A DNA stretch of 64,000 bases from Eledone cirrhosa (Eukaryota), in the NCBI GenBank assembly GCA_964016885.1, contig OZ024740.1, forward strand, positions 245,582,001 to 245,646,000, in the 5' to 3' direction. Below the pieces are notes generated by a model, which saw nothing but the letters and a program-made list of their open reading frames with translations, searched no databases and was not told the DNA's origin. How positions within the stretch are numbered: the first letter of the stretch is position 1; every line of letters begins with the position of its first letter. The translations under genes and the position numbers were made by a program. This document shows positions 37,360 to 51,289 of this stretch, piece by piece.

Positions 37360-37770
37360 TAAAATAAATAAGTCAAATGTTTAAAATTTAGCTTCGTTTA
37401 TTACTACTATATATATTTCGGTGACAGCCATCTTTGGCTGTGACCTCTTCAGGCAGTCCGAATTAGTGTGGTAGAGACGAGTACATATGTTGTTGAGGTG
37501 TATAATTTTGTCAATACTCTGATATGCCCAGTTCCTGGTTGGGTTGTTATTTCACTGAGGAACTGGACTCAGTGAAATAACAACCCAACCAGGAACTGGG
37601 CATATCAGAGTATTGACAAGGTTATACACCTCAACAACATATGTACTTGTCTATACCACACTAATTCGGACTGCCTGAAGAGGTCACAGCCAAAGATGGC
37701 TGTCACCGAAATATATATAGTAGTAATAAACGAAGCTAAATTTTAAACATTTGACTTATTTATTTTATCT
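37357..37770. repeat. ~200-bp-arm palindrome with a hammerhead in each arm (37403-37457 minus, 37670-37724 plus)
   Basis: 8-nt spacer at 37560-37567; ACUGC CUGAAGA GGUcACAGCCAaagaUGGCUGUcACC GAAA UAUAUA UA GUAGU. Confidence 0.9.
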
Positions 37771-37867
37771 TATTTTACATTACTCCGGAGTAACCAAACC
37801 AACCTGCGCACTACGTCGAGTGCTCCAATTTGCATACTGAAAGGTGTTGGTATACAACCAACATATA

Positions 37868-37946
<79 letters not shown>

Positions 37947-38179
37947 GGATTTGATGGTAGTAGTTGGTAGTTGATTGTGTTGTGTTGATTCGTTTGTTGC
38001 GTGTGTGCTTGCTGTGTGGTGTGATCACTGTTGTGTGATAGTGTGACCAGAGGTTGCATGTGTGCAGGTAAGTGAGTAAGTGTTCATTAAGATGGTGATA
38101 TGATAGTTCCTTGATCACGCAGAAAATGAATATATATAAATGAACCACGATAACACTAAACCACTATATTATTCATTTA

Positions 38180-41100
38180 TCTATATATATAAAACAGAAG
38201 ATGTCTGTCTGTCTGTCTGTCTGTGTAACCGCATGCATTTCTACATTTTACAACCGATTTGCAGCAAATTTCATACATAGGTTTCTGAAGTCCTATTACA
38301 CGTCGTAGGCTATTTTATTTTTCCGTACATCGAGTGTTCCCCCCCACCCCGAGGCAGATAACCCCCTTAAGCCTCTCGCTTGGCGTCAGCACTACTACTG
38401 CATAAAGGCCCCATAATTCCTGCAGTTTGCCTCGCATCGTCACCAAAATTAATCTTTTGTTTGCTTATGGCCTACAAATAAATTTTCAGGCATGCACTTG
38501 CGCAGAAATTCAGGTAGGGGACCCCTTGGTGGGCAGTAAACCGACTTGATGAATGTTGAAGTTGATATCATCAATGCAACAAAACGTCATAACTGCTTGA
38601 GTTGGTGTTTGGTTTTGACGAAGCGAGACGTATTGGTTACCCATGGCTTATAAAGGAAGGTGAACACATGAACTTTTACTTAAACTTATCAATGGGACCG
38701 ACCCCCCCCCCCCCACCGGAGTGTGTATGTGTGGGGGGGGGGGGGGGGGGTAGTAAGCCCCTTCGACTTATCTATTGAAGTTCACATTAACACTGTATTA
38801 GTACCTGATAACTTTTGAAGTTTCCGTTCGATTTTAACTTTACCGGAGTTATTGGTTACTCATTGCCTAAAGATGATGTTGAAGACACTGTCTATACCCG
38901 GAACAAGTAAGGGGACCCCCAGGGGGCAGTAAGCCCCGGTGAGTCATTTATTGAATTTGGCTATTGTAATGCAGCAAAGCGTCATAGCTTCGATAATTGG
39001 TAGTCCAATAAAACGAATTTCGACTTAGTTGTTATTCATGTACTACAGATGAAGATACAGTCAGGCACATTTACTTTCATTTCAATTCAGCAAGAGGACA
39101 CCCTCGGGGACAATGAGCCCAATTCATTAACCTATAAAAGTTGAAACTGCCACAATAAAAAAGCACCAGAACCTCGGGAGTTTATACTTGATTCTTACAA
39201 AAACTAAGCGAAATGGTTATTGCCTGCCATAAGATAAAGCACCACACATTCGTTATCACTTGAATTTTGCAAGGGAACCCCCTAGGAAGGGCAGTGAGCC
39301 CCTTTGGACCACTTTTAAAGTTCATATTATGGTTGCAGCAAGGCATTTCAACTTCCGCAAATAAAAGTCAATTTAAACGAAAGTTAACGCATCAGTTACT
39401 GATGTCCTACAAATGGAGTAGCGAATTTTTAAATCCCCCTGACTTAACTTTAGTTTGTTTAGTTAACTTTAGGATGATTGAATTTAATTTTGCACTCGGT
39501 TGTCTCCCCCGTGTAATTGCACCACAATTAAGTGTGAAATGGGTAGTTAAATTTTTTTCATTGAACTTTGGTGTCATTTCACACTCCTAACCAAGAAAGT
39601 GCGATTTAACCCAGGTGTAAATTTTAACGTCTACTGTATGTGGATTGTGCTATTTCACACTCATGCCTAAACTGTGCGAATGATTGATTAGTTTTTGCAC
39701 CCGGTTGTCTCCCCCCTTTAATTGCACCTCAATTAAGTGCGAAATGGCGCGACCTCTGGCCAACCACACATCAGTGAGTTGTGTTCAGTAGATTTCATCA
39801 CATTTATTTGTATTATCTAACCAATCAGATAACTCGAGTATTGTTCATTGAGCGAAATCACTCCTATTTATATCGGTCAAGTCCGACCTAGGATCACACT
39901 CCTTTTTTGGCTTTTGACAAGTGGTAGGTTTTTTTACATGCGTACTCTCATAAGCTACCCTTTAACGAAGGGTAAACATATGATTTATTAAATTGATTAA
40001 CACGGTTATTAGATGTGATTATAACATTAATAATAAGAATAAGTGTAATAACGAGAATATAAAGAATAAATGATTTGGTTTTTATATGGTTTACTTCACG
40101 TGAATCAATTAAAAAGTACAATAAAACAGTTACCAAGAGTTGTTAATTTTGTTATTGTTGTTGATGTTATTGTTGTTGATGTGAAAACAGCGAGCAAACA
40201 GATAATGTTGTTGTTGTTATTTGGAGTCCGTGGTAGTAATTCTGAGACCCTAATGAGTAAGAGACAGTAATGGTTTGTATACCTCTGAATGGTCTGTAAT
40301 TGGTTGTAGACCACTGTGGCTTGTACATGGTCTATAGTAGTAGGGCTCCAATCTCTCTGTGTGTATCTGTAGACCTCATGGGTCTGTAGATAGTGGTGAA
40401 TCTTTCACATAGCTAGTTCTGTAGTGGGGTGCTCCGATGTCTCTATTTCTGTAGACCACTGGGGTCTGTTGATAGCAGTGAATCCTTACATAGTTAGTTG
40501 CTAGCGTAATGATCCGATGTCTCTATTTCTGTAGACCACTGGGGTCTGTTGATAGCAGTGAATCCTTACATAGTTAGTTGCTAGCGTAATGATCCGATGT
40601 CTCTGTTTCTGTAGACCACTGGGGTCTGTTGATAGCAGTGAATCCTTACATAGTTAGTTGCTAGCGTAATGATCCGATGTCTCTATTTCTGTAGACCACT
40701 GGGGTCTGTTGATAGCAGTGAATCCTTACATAGTTAGTTGCTAGCGTAATGATCCGATGTCTCTGTTTCTGTAGACCACTGGGGGTCTGTTGATAGCAGT
40801 GAATCCTTACATAGTTAGTTGCTAGCGTAATGATCCGATGTCTCTATTTCTGTAGACCACTGGGGTCTGTTGATAGCAGTGAATCCTTACATAGTTAGTT
40901 GCTAGCGTAATGATCCGATGTCTCTATTTCTGTAGACCACTGGGGTCTGTTGATAGCAGTGAATCCTTACATAGTTAGTTGCTAGAGTAATGCTCCGATG
41001 TCTCTGTTTCTGTAGACCACTGGGGTCTATTGATAGCAGTGAATCCTTACATAGTTTATTATAGGTGTAGTGCTCCGATGTATCTCGCCAAAGTAGGATG

Positions 41101-42176
41101 GTACAGGCTCTATATATAGCTGTCACTTCCTGTCTCCCACCTTGAGGGGATAGTCAACACATCAACCTGTCTACACCAGGACAGATTTCGCTACAACCCC
41201 ATGTTTCTAAAACGCATGCTTCTTCAACATTTGTCACCTTAAAGGAGGTTTAGTTAATGTGTTTATGGTCATAAGGTTCCAGTTTATCATGCTGTGATTT
41301 TTCGGCCATTTTTGCCTGTATCCTTTCAGTGGTTAGTACTTACTTATGTTCGAACTGAACAAACATACTGACACTTATATACCTACCACTGTAGCCACAC
41401 TATTTAATTTCCTTTATCACAGGTAGTCCGTACGCTGCGTTGCCCCTAACTTAAAACCTGAAATTTGACTGGTACACAAAATCTTGCAAAACATACCCCC
41501 TTTCTCAGACCACATAGATTTATCACATTAATTTATCACATTAATTAATCTACTTTTCCCTACATCTTATTTACACATTTTTTTGACATTCCAGCGTGAT
41601 CTTGCCAAGGCCGTTTTTGTGGCCACCGACTGTTACATGCTTTTCTAGGTTACAATCTCAAATAACAAGCGAAGCAAATACAACACACCAAAGTTGTGTG
41701 AAGGACTTCTTAAGGGCCAACCTCTAATCGGAGTCGTCTTTGCTGACAGCTTTGCCGCTGGGCCTTTTAAGAGTGAACGATCCAAGGCCCTCTTCATGGC
41801 CACCAAGTTTAAATTGTTACCATCGGATTCATCTTTGCTGGCAGCACCGCTGCTGAGATATTTCAAAGTGAACGTTAAAAGGTCCTCTTCAGGGCCACCA
41901 ACTATAAATTATTATCGCTGGATTCGTCTTTGCTGGCAGCACCGCCGCTGGGACTTTTAAGAGTGAACGATCCAAGGCTCTCTTTAGGGCCACGAATTTT
42001 AAATTGTTACCATCGGATTCGTCTTTTCTGGCAGCACCGCCGCAGATATATTTCAAAGTGAACGTTCAAAGGCCCTCTAGTTACTTCTATAGTCGTGTTT
42101 AACGGAAGTCTTTCGGTTCATTTGAACGACTACTCCATTGAGAGTTATACTGGGCAACGCCGGGAACCTCTGCTAG
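38180..42176 (+). mobile_element. ~4-kb non-autonomous Helitron/HINE-like element with internal tandem repeats
   Basis: A|TCTATATATATAAAA start followed by (GTCT)n; 3' CTGGGCAACGCCGGG...CTAG|T. Confidence 0.65.
40420..41085. repeat. 80-bp minisatellite, ~8 near-identical copies
   Basis: CTAGCGTAATGATCCGATGT recurs at 40501, 40581, 40661, 40741, 40822 and 40902, with a variant at 40982. Confidence 0.95.
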
Positions 42177-42653
42177 TACGTAATAATACGTAAACATATA
42201 CATTCACACATAAGTATATGTGCGTCTACATGGAAATACAAATACACGCATAAACGTGCGATCTTTCGCTCACATATGCGCACACACAGGCACACATACT
42301 CAATATTAACGTATAAATATATATATAACGTATAAATATATATATAACGTATAAATATATATATAACGTATAAATATATATATGCACATCTCTCCATATA
42401 TACACATATACATATATATAAATATATATGTAGAGGTTATATTTAATTTGTTGGGATACAACAAGCAAAATATTTTTATAATTGATATAAAGCACTCAAC
42501 AAATTATTGGAGTAAATATACAATATATTAATAAATGGAAAATATATTTATGAAACCATATATATTTCATTATACATATTTCAAGGGCCACCAAATATAT
42601 ATATGCACCAAGTATATATATATATGCACATCTCTCCATATATACACATATAA

Positions 42654-42833
<180 letters not shown>

Positions 42834-43080
42834 GTGGTTTTGTCTGCGTGTAATTGTTTTTCACCGCTCCTATTAATGACGTATTATATTCGTTTTTTCC
42901 CGTTCTTTGCCAGGGAGCTTTTCCACGAACCAAAGTATCGTCTTCCTCCGGTTGCAACGTTTTTTGAAATATTCACTTCTCCGTTCACAGATTGACTTTG
43001 TTAGTTTCAGAAGATCCCGTTGAGGGTGAAAGCAGCGATTCTTTGCTTAAACTTTAATCTGTTATTTTAATATATACGAG

Positions 43081-43147
<67 letters not shown>

Positions 43148-43966
43148 GGGGTAACAAATTATTGTTATAGGTAGTCCACTTAGGTGTAGTCCAGTTATGG
43201 TACTCCGGGTAGTGGATGATATCAACGCTTGGCTAAATTTGACTCAACAAGCTCAACAAGGCGTTTCCATAGTGATGCTGCGAGTACGCTGTAATTCCTA
43301 TGTTGTAAACATTTGGAGTAATAATAAATCAGGAAAGAAGAGTGACACGGTTTGCTATACAAAAAAGGTTTTTAATCTCATTGCTGACAATTGTTTCTCT
43401 GAACTGGTAGGTCTAGAGATCGCTACCCGCTTATTTTTACATTACTCGATCACCAATACAAAGTCAATTCATCGGAGCTTGTGAGAATGAAAAGAATATA
43501 CAGGCATGGCTACTATATATAGTAGTAATGGCATTTAATCAGAACAATAACAACAATACTAACAATGCTAGCAATAAATTATTTGAAATAATCACAACAT
43601 TAATCTAGGTGGGAAGTATAGTATATCTACGATTTTAGTGTGTAAAACTAGCTGACATGAGGCAGATGTATAAAATTGACATGTAAAAGCTGTCGTGGGG
43701 GTGTATTATATATAGTGTAAAGATAAGCCGGTGGCTTTAAACAATGTAGGTCAGGTGGCCGTAAGAGTCGGTTATTATCTGACAGATGAAGAATTTATCA
43801 CTGTAGTTGGGATTTGTGTGGTCTATATTAGATGAAAGGGTTGTCTAGCTTTCTCATCATCAATAACATACATGTATAAGACAACATTAACAGAGTAGCA
43901 ATATAATGGGCAAGTTAATACAGAGGTTAAGGAGGCAATATATACATATATATACACATGCACACA

Positions 43967-44010
<44 letters not shown>

Positions 44011-44033
44011 CACACACATATATACATACATAT

Positions 44034-44287
44034 TGTGGGTATGGTGTGGCGTGCGGTGGCCGGAAGCGGGGGAGTGCTCGACCGGAAGGGTGCTTGGCCG
44101 GAAAGATGCTCGACCGGAAGGGCCAGCAGATGGGTCTCTCTCTAGTGGTGACCAGCAACGGTGTGGACGCGAGTTCTGGCAGCTTCCGGTGTTAAGGAGC
44201 TGGACGCACGTGGAAGAGGAGAAACTAGCAGTGGGATTTAGCGGAGCCTATGAAAAGCGGTAAGTGAGATAGCTTTTTCTAACCACA
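44034..44287 (+). repeat. Solo LTR of the Gypsy family, 5-bp TSD CATAT
   Basis: TGTGGG...ACCACA; CATAT at 44029-44033 and 44288-44292. Confidence 0.93.
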
Positions 44288-45114
44288 CATATAAAGAGAA
44301 AACAGGCTGACTATAATTATAACAGGAGGAATGTAAAGTTCTGTTTAGTAGTATTTTGAAATGTTCTTGGATTTAGGATCAAGTGTTGACAGCAGCTGAG
44401 AAGAGATATGCTTATGGGTTGATGAGGTACTTACAAACATTAGTGTGGTATAGAACTAAGAGGGCTAGAATGTACTTAATGATTATATTTCTGTGGTGGT
44501 TCGTGCAGTGTAGTAGGCATCCTAAGTTGAAATCTAAGTTACGTCGATTCGATTCACGGAGGTTTAAAACTTATGAATTTAGTGGCGATCCTGTGTCTGC
44601 AGAAGATAGATCTTTCTAACTTGTTGTTAAGTACCCTTTTTACATTTCTAAGGAATCGAACCGACGTAACCTAGATTTCAACTTAGGATACCCACTACAC
44701 TGCACGAACCACCATATATGTATACAGACTTTGTCAGTGTTGAACAAATGAGCAACGATGGTTGCTAGACACTGTACGGCTTAATTCGGGTTGTTTGTTT
44801 ACAAACACACCGAGCATTATAATAAATGTTCGGTGAATCCATACGTACATATATATATATGTGTGCATGTATGTATATATATATACATACTACTGTACGT
44901 CTGTATACATATATGTATGTACGTATACATACTTATATTTAAGTAACAGCCGTACTAAGAGTGAGAAATGAAATTTCGTTTCATTTTTTCCGTTTATCGT
45001 TTTCGGTACCCCGGCCGATTAATCACGCGATATGCAAATTAGGCTGCTCAGCCGTTAATATCCATAAGGAAAGTATATACTTTCAGACGTTCAACCATCT
45101 GGCAGGGAGGTATA

Positions 45115-45155
45115 CGTTGCTGACGATAGCTAATAAGCTTGAAACTAGTACAGCG
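45115..45155 (+). ncRNA. Minimal hammerhead-like motif
   Basis: CGUUG CUGACGA uAGCUaauaAGCUu GAAA CUAG UA CAGCG; the stem II closing pair is a mismatch. Confidence 0.6.
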
Positions 45156-45933
45156 TTCCTTTGTCAGTGTTGAACAAATGAGCAACGATGGTTGCTAGAC
45201 ACTGTACGGCTTAATTCGGGTTGTTTGTTTACAAACACACCGAGCATTATAATAAATGTTCGGTGAATCCATACGTACATATATATATATGTGTGCATGT
45301 ATGCATATATATATATACATACTACTGTACGTCTGTATACATATATGTATGTACGTATACATACTTATATTTATAAATATATATATATTTATATCCACAC
45401 AAGTACATACAAACATGTGTATACATACGTACACACATCTGCCTATACACGCACGTATACACAGACATACATATGCTCACACACAACACGCGCACGCTTA
45501 CACTTAAGTGTGCACATAGATGTAATCGTAAAGATATATATACACACAGACATACAAATATGCATGCGAGTACATAACCGCACACACACGTATAGGCATG
45601 AAACAACATATGTACAATTACAAACAACGGCACACGCATACATAAAATCTAACTGGGAAAGTAGCGAGGGGAACAGATATAAATAAAATAAAAAAATTAA
45701 AAAATTAAAAAAGGTATAAAGGGACGGGTGGACAACGAAAAAGGGAGGGGAGGATATAATAAATAAATATATATTTATATATAATAAGGAGATGACGGAC
45801 CCAGCATATTTATTAATGCCAGGACCGGTTGTATCTCAGCGTGCTCAATGGCTAATGTATGATACATTCCCAGAGTATACACATAGTTATTCGCTTCAAT
45901 ACAACACACGTAAAACGGGTGCCTATAATGGTT

Positions 45934-46044
45934 CCCGGACTCGAGTTTCGGCCGCACTTAATGCAGCAGTAAGGTGCACTGCACCATCCGTCTGGATATA
46001 TTATACAACAATGCACAATCGGCTTATGCGGCTTCATCAGCGGG
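45934..46044 (-). ncRNA. Hammerhead with long (~85 nt) stem II
   Basis: CCCG CUGAUGA aGCCGCA...UGCGGCc GAAA CUCGAG UC CGGG; downstream of the GIY-YIG relic at 47377-47625. Confidence 0.7.
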
Positions 46045-46149
46045 TATCGCCTAATCAATAACCAATCGATCGACAGAATCCAATCCAAACCCTAGCCCAT
46101 ATATATATATATATATATACACACATACATATAAATACACACACACACA

Positions 46150-46256
<107 letters not shown>

Positions 46257-46479
46257 ATATGCATATATATACATATAAATACAGTATATATACATACGCA
46301 TACATATATATATATATATTTATATATATATATACAAACGCGTACATATACACACGCATACATGCACATAAATATATATATATGCGTACACACATAAATA
46401 AATACACACACACGTACACAATACAAGTGAGAGGACATAACACACGTACATACACACACACGCCTACATACACACACAC

Positions 46480-46515
<36 letters not shown>

Positions 46516-46728
46516 ACATATATATATAGACAGACAAACTTATGTATACACACATACACGCAGATAAGTGTATATACACACATACATATATTCGCATGCA
46601 TATATACAGGCACAAACGAGGACGCCAATATGGGTAAGGATATATACACACATCCACGCGCAAAAGAACATGAATACAAGTAATGAATTGCAGATAAAAA
46701 ATTATAATTATAGATAACCATTAATTAC

Positions 46729-46760
<32 letters not shown>

Positions 46761-47376
46761 ACACACACACATACGTCCACTCGTATAACCATATGCAAGT
46801 ACACGCGCATAGAAATATACAAGCACCCCACATATACATACGTACATGCGTACACATACATACATATATGTACCCACACGTACGTGTACGCACATGTGTA
46901 CACACGCATACACATGTATGTATAGGTGTAGACATACTTAAGACAAACATTATAAAGGAACTAAGTGAAGAAACACACTCAATTATAAAAATTAAAAATA
47001 AAAACGTATATATACTTAAACATGGTGGGTATGTAAGGATATGGGGGAGGGTATAACTAAAATAATATAATATAAAATGAATAGGTGTGGGAGAAAAAAG
47101 TGTATAAATTAATAGTTGGGGTAGAAAGAAAATGTTTATAAATAGATCTGGATAAAGGTATGTGTTTATAAAGTAATCAGGGTAAAAGGGGGGATTATAA
47201 TAGGTGGACAGAATGAAGGTGGTGGGTGTGTATGTGTTAAAAGTATGGCAGAAAAAAAGTGGGGGAGTATAAATAAAATGAAATAAATAAACATGAGGGA
47301 GATAATTGTAAAATCTGGTGTTCGTAAAGTGATGATATTGGTAGTGGGTGGAAGGGTTAATATGTAAAGAGGAAGC

Positions 47377-47625
47377 TCAGAGTGGTTGAGTGATCGTAGG
47401 TGTATTAATCCAGCTAAAAAGGATATGCGATTTCAGGTGCGGACAACTTCTGAATATCTCAGTTTTAGAGTTGAGGCAAATGGTAGGGGTTTTCAGATTT
47501 TGAAGAATTCTATATTTTTCCGTTATACACACAGAACATTTCTTTGTGCCCTTTGATATTCGTTTGAGTGATCTAAAATTGACCAATCAATAGAATATGG
47601 AACGTTTCTGTCTTTAAACTCCCAA
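47377..47625 (-). mobile_element. PLE GIY-YIG C-terminal fragment
   Basis: WEFKDRNVPYSIDW; KKCSVCITEK...LNSKTEIFRSCPH. Confidence 0.8.
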
Positions 47626-47834
47626 GAAACCATTGGTAAATGAAATAATTATCTTATGTTGTTTATTACATAACTATATATATATATGCCAAAGGCAAAT
47701 AGAAATAACAAAACAAACGATACAGTACAATGAAGAAATATATTATTAGTTTTACGTTTGATATAGTACGATATAGTCTTAACGTTTGATATAGTCTTAA
47801 CGTTTTCGGACGCTAGCCCTTCATAAAAAATAGA

Positions 47835-48125
47835 ATGAGTCACCGTCTTTAAGCGCGCCCTTAACTTCCGCGACCTCCTGGTACGTACTTCCTTCCCTTC
47901 CTCTCCTAGGACTCCACCCGGCTCTCGTCCCTGTTCTCGTCCCCGCTGTAACACCTGTCCCTTCATTTCTAACCTCACCACTCTCACAGGCATTAATGGT
48001 TCATTTCGTATCCGCCTCTCCTTCACTTGCACATCAACCCGGTGTTGATTTTGCGGGTCCTAATACATTGGACAAACAGAACGCCGTTTGGTGGACCGTT
48101 TTGCTGAACATTTGAGGGATATAAA
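47835..48125 (+). mobile_element. PLE Zn-finger/GIY-YIG fragment (Neptune-like)
   Basis: FKRALNFRDLLVR...PCSRPRCNTCPFI...SFTCTS...YIGQTERRLVDRFAEHLRDI. Confidence 0.78.
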
Positions 48126-48901
48126 ACACGTTATATATAACATTTAATATATTTTTTACTAAAATTTGATTCTAAAAAACCTTATCGTACAATATCTCTC
48201 AGAAGATTTTTTTTAAAGTCTGAACAAAAGGAGATTTAGTAAATAGACGTATTTTGCAGATGATCCCCACCACCCTACTTTTAATAAGACATTACATGAA
48301 ACAAAAATTGTCTTAGAGAGAATTTATTCGCATATTAAAAAAATTCTTTTACAAATTTTAGTCATTGAACTGAGGCTATCTCATCATTCCTTAAATTTTA
48401 CCCCACCCCCTGACATCACCACAGAAGCGCCAACCTGTCCACTATTAAATGGTCAAAGCATCACTCCATCCGGACATCGACCACTAGATGTACCCACCAC
48501 CATTCTTTCATTCTCTCAATCACTATCTTCTTTTTACTTCTCCCCTCCTCCCCGCCACACCCTAATACACTTTTTCTCACAAAACAACCAGAGTCAGTTT
48601 ACTGTGTTTTGGGGTAAATAGTTGGTTAACTGGACAGCTTCCGTCACATTTGCGCCGACTGGGGCTCACAGGGGGTCGGGCGTAGGCTTTAAGAACATCA
48701 TTTTTGCCCGTTCCCTTGTCGCTACAATCTGGATTGCCTCGAGAACGTAACCTTCTTGTGTAAGATGCTGTCTGATGAGATCATGGCCCCGGGGCGCGGA
48801 ATTGTGTGGCCACTGTCGCCATCGTATCGCGGCCATATTAACAAAGGACTTTAACACCTGAAACTACTTTGTATTTCATTATTCTACACACACACACACA
48901 C

Positions 48902-49011
<110 letters not shown>

Positions 49012-49080
49012 TATAAATGAAGTAATTCCGTCGGAAAAGTCCAGGAAAAAAGAGTGCTCTATGTAGGTAACAGAGCTTAA

Positions 49081-49322
49081 TAGTTATGTAATAAACAACA
49101 TAAGGCAATTATTCCATTTACCAGTGGTTTCTTAAAAGCAAAAAATTTTGCTTTCAATCATCAGAATGAAAAAATCCTGGTGTATTTATTGGGTTTTTAG
49201 AATCCAATTGTCAATAAATACACCAGGATTTTTTCATTCTGATGATTGAAAGCAACATTTTTTGCTTTTAAGAAACCACTGGTAAATGGAATAATTGCCT
49301 TATGTTGTTTATTACATAACTA
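49081..49322. repeat. ~110-bp-arm palindrome with hammerheads (plus copy 49232-49291)
   Basis: ~20-nt spacer; CAUU CUGAUGA UUGAAAGCAA...UUGCUUUUAA GAAA CCacuGG UA AAUG. Confidence 0.85.
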
Positions 49323-49330
49323 TATATATA

Positions 49331-50816
49331 TATTGTTATACTTTGGGAGGGTCATGTTGCCAATAAGAAACACACGCACCAGTTGCTTTCACTTCAATTT
49401 ATTATATATTTATAAATTTATAAATTTACAAATCTACAAACTTATAAATTTCTGGTTGGTTGGTTGGTTCCACAACCAGATAGTTGTTTATATATAGTCA
49501 TAGTCCTTTCGTCACACACTCTGTGACCTCTTCAGTGACTGGGGATTCCTTTCTTTGTTTCTGTGCCTTTCCTTTCTTCTGTCCTACGCCATTTTGTTTC
49601 TGTGTGTGTGTTGTGTGCTCAGTTTGCGCATGCGCCACATCCGGGTGTCTGTGTGTGTTTGTGTTCATTTATCTATTTGTTTATTTATTTACATGTTGTT
49701 GGTTGGTTGTTTGTTCTATGTGTGTGTGTGTTTTCATTTTGTCCTTAATTGTAAGTTGTGATGTTGCTGTTCCACTTATATTTTCTATTTAATTTTGGTT
49801 GTAATTCTTTTATGCTTACTGCCTCTGTAATTTGCCTAAACATTGCATCTTTTCTGTGTGTGGATTCTATTTTTATTTCTATGTTCTCTAATTTACCCTT
49901 GTGTTCTATCTTAGCATGTTGGTAGAGTACAGATGATTCTTTATTATCTTGAAGGTCTTGCCAGTGTTCATTTATCCGTTCGGATATGGAACGGATAAAT
50001 GAACATGTTCTCTAATTTACCCTTGTGTTCTATCTTAGCATGTTGGTAGAGTACAGATGATTCTTTATTATCTTGAAGGTCTCGCCAGTGTTCATTTATC
50101 CGTTCATTTATGGAACGGATAAATGAACACTGGCGAGACCTTCAAGATAATAAAGAATCATCTGTACTCTACCAACATGCTAAGATAGAACACAAGGGTA
50201 AATTAGAGAACATAGAAATAAAAATAGAATCCACACACAGAAAAGATGCAATGTTTAGGCAAATTACAGAGGCAGTAAGCATAAAAGAATTACAACCAAA
50301 ATTAAATAGAAAATATAAGTGGAACAGCAACATCACAACTTACAATTAAGGACAAAATGAAAACACACACACACATAGAACAAACAACCAACCAACAACA
50401 TGTAAATAAATAAACAAATAGATAAATGAACACAAACACACACAGACACCCGGATGTGGCGCATGCGCAAACTGAGCACACAACACACACACAGAAACAA
50501 AATGGCGTAGGACAGAAGAAAGGAAAGGCACAGAAACAAAGAAAGGAATCCCCAGTCACTGAAGAGGTCACAGAGTGTGTGACGAAAGGACTATGACTAT
50601 ATATAAACAACTATCTGGTTGTGGAACCAACCAACCAACCAGAAATTTATAAGTTTGTAGATTTGTAAATTTATAAATTTATAAATATATAATAAATTGA
50701 AGTGAAAGCAACTGGTGCGTGTTTCTTATTGGCAACATGACCCTCCCAAAGTATAACAATATCGGTTTCAACACACGATTTCAGATAAAGAATCTTGCTA
50801 AACAAATTCAGAAACG

Positions 50817-50820
<4 letters not shown>
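49331..50820. mobile_element. PLE 3'-end fold-back (~650-bp arms) with GIY-YIG tail and hammerhead-like motifs (49496-49540 minus, 50554-50598 plus)
   Basis: Identical ORFs are called on both strands; ERINEHW...RQITEAVSI...LNRK; AGUCA CUGAAGA gGUCACA..UGUGAC GAAA GGAC UA UGACU. Confidence 0.9.
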
Positions 50821-50852
<32 letters not shown>

Positions 50853-50856
50853 TATA

Positions 50857-50928
<72 letters not shown>

Positions 50929-51289
50929 ATAATGTGCGTATTAGAGAGATAGAGGAGGAAGGGCAGAGAGAATTATATTAAGTGATATTTTCTTGATAGC
51001 TTCTAAAACTTAACACTTTTCAAGTACACTTGAAAAGTAACTATGTCAATTGTTTGAAGTTCCCATGCTTTTAATAATGAATTTAGGTGCGGATGTAGTC
51101 ATGAGAAGGCACATATACATTCTCTCGATCTTTTCAACCTTGATCTTGTGGAACATCCAGTTAGAGGAATAGAATACTACACTCAGACTGGGATAGTAAT
51201 TTCTTTATCAACCTCAAAATGGTGTAAGGAAAAGTAAACCTCGATGTGATTCAAATGCAGAGCGCTGAAGATCAAAACAAATAATTGTT

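Noticed and set aside
40420-41085. Regular array that might suggest CRISPR
   Set aside because: Whole 80-bp units repeat with no unique spacers, there are no cas genes, and the context is eukaryotic.
48600-48860. GC-richer island with a 63-aa minus ORF
   Set aside because: No recognisable motif, TIR or TSD.
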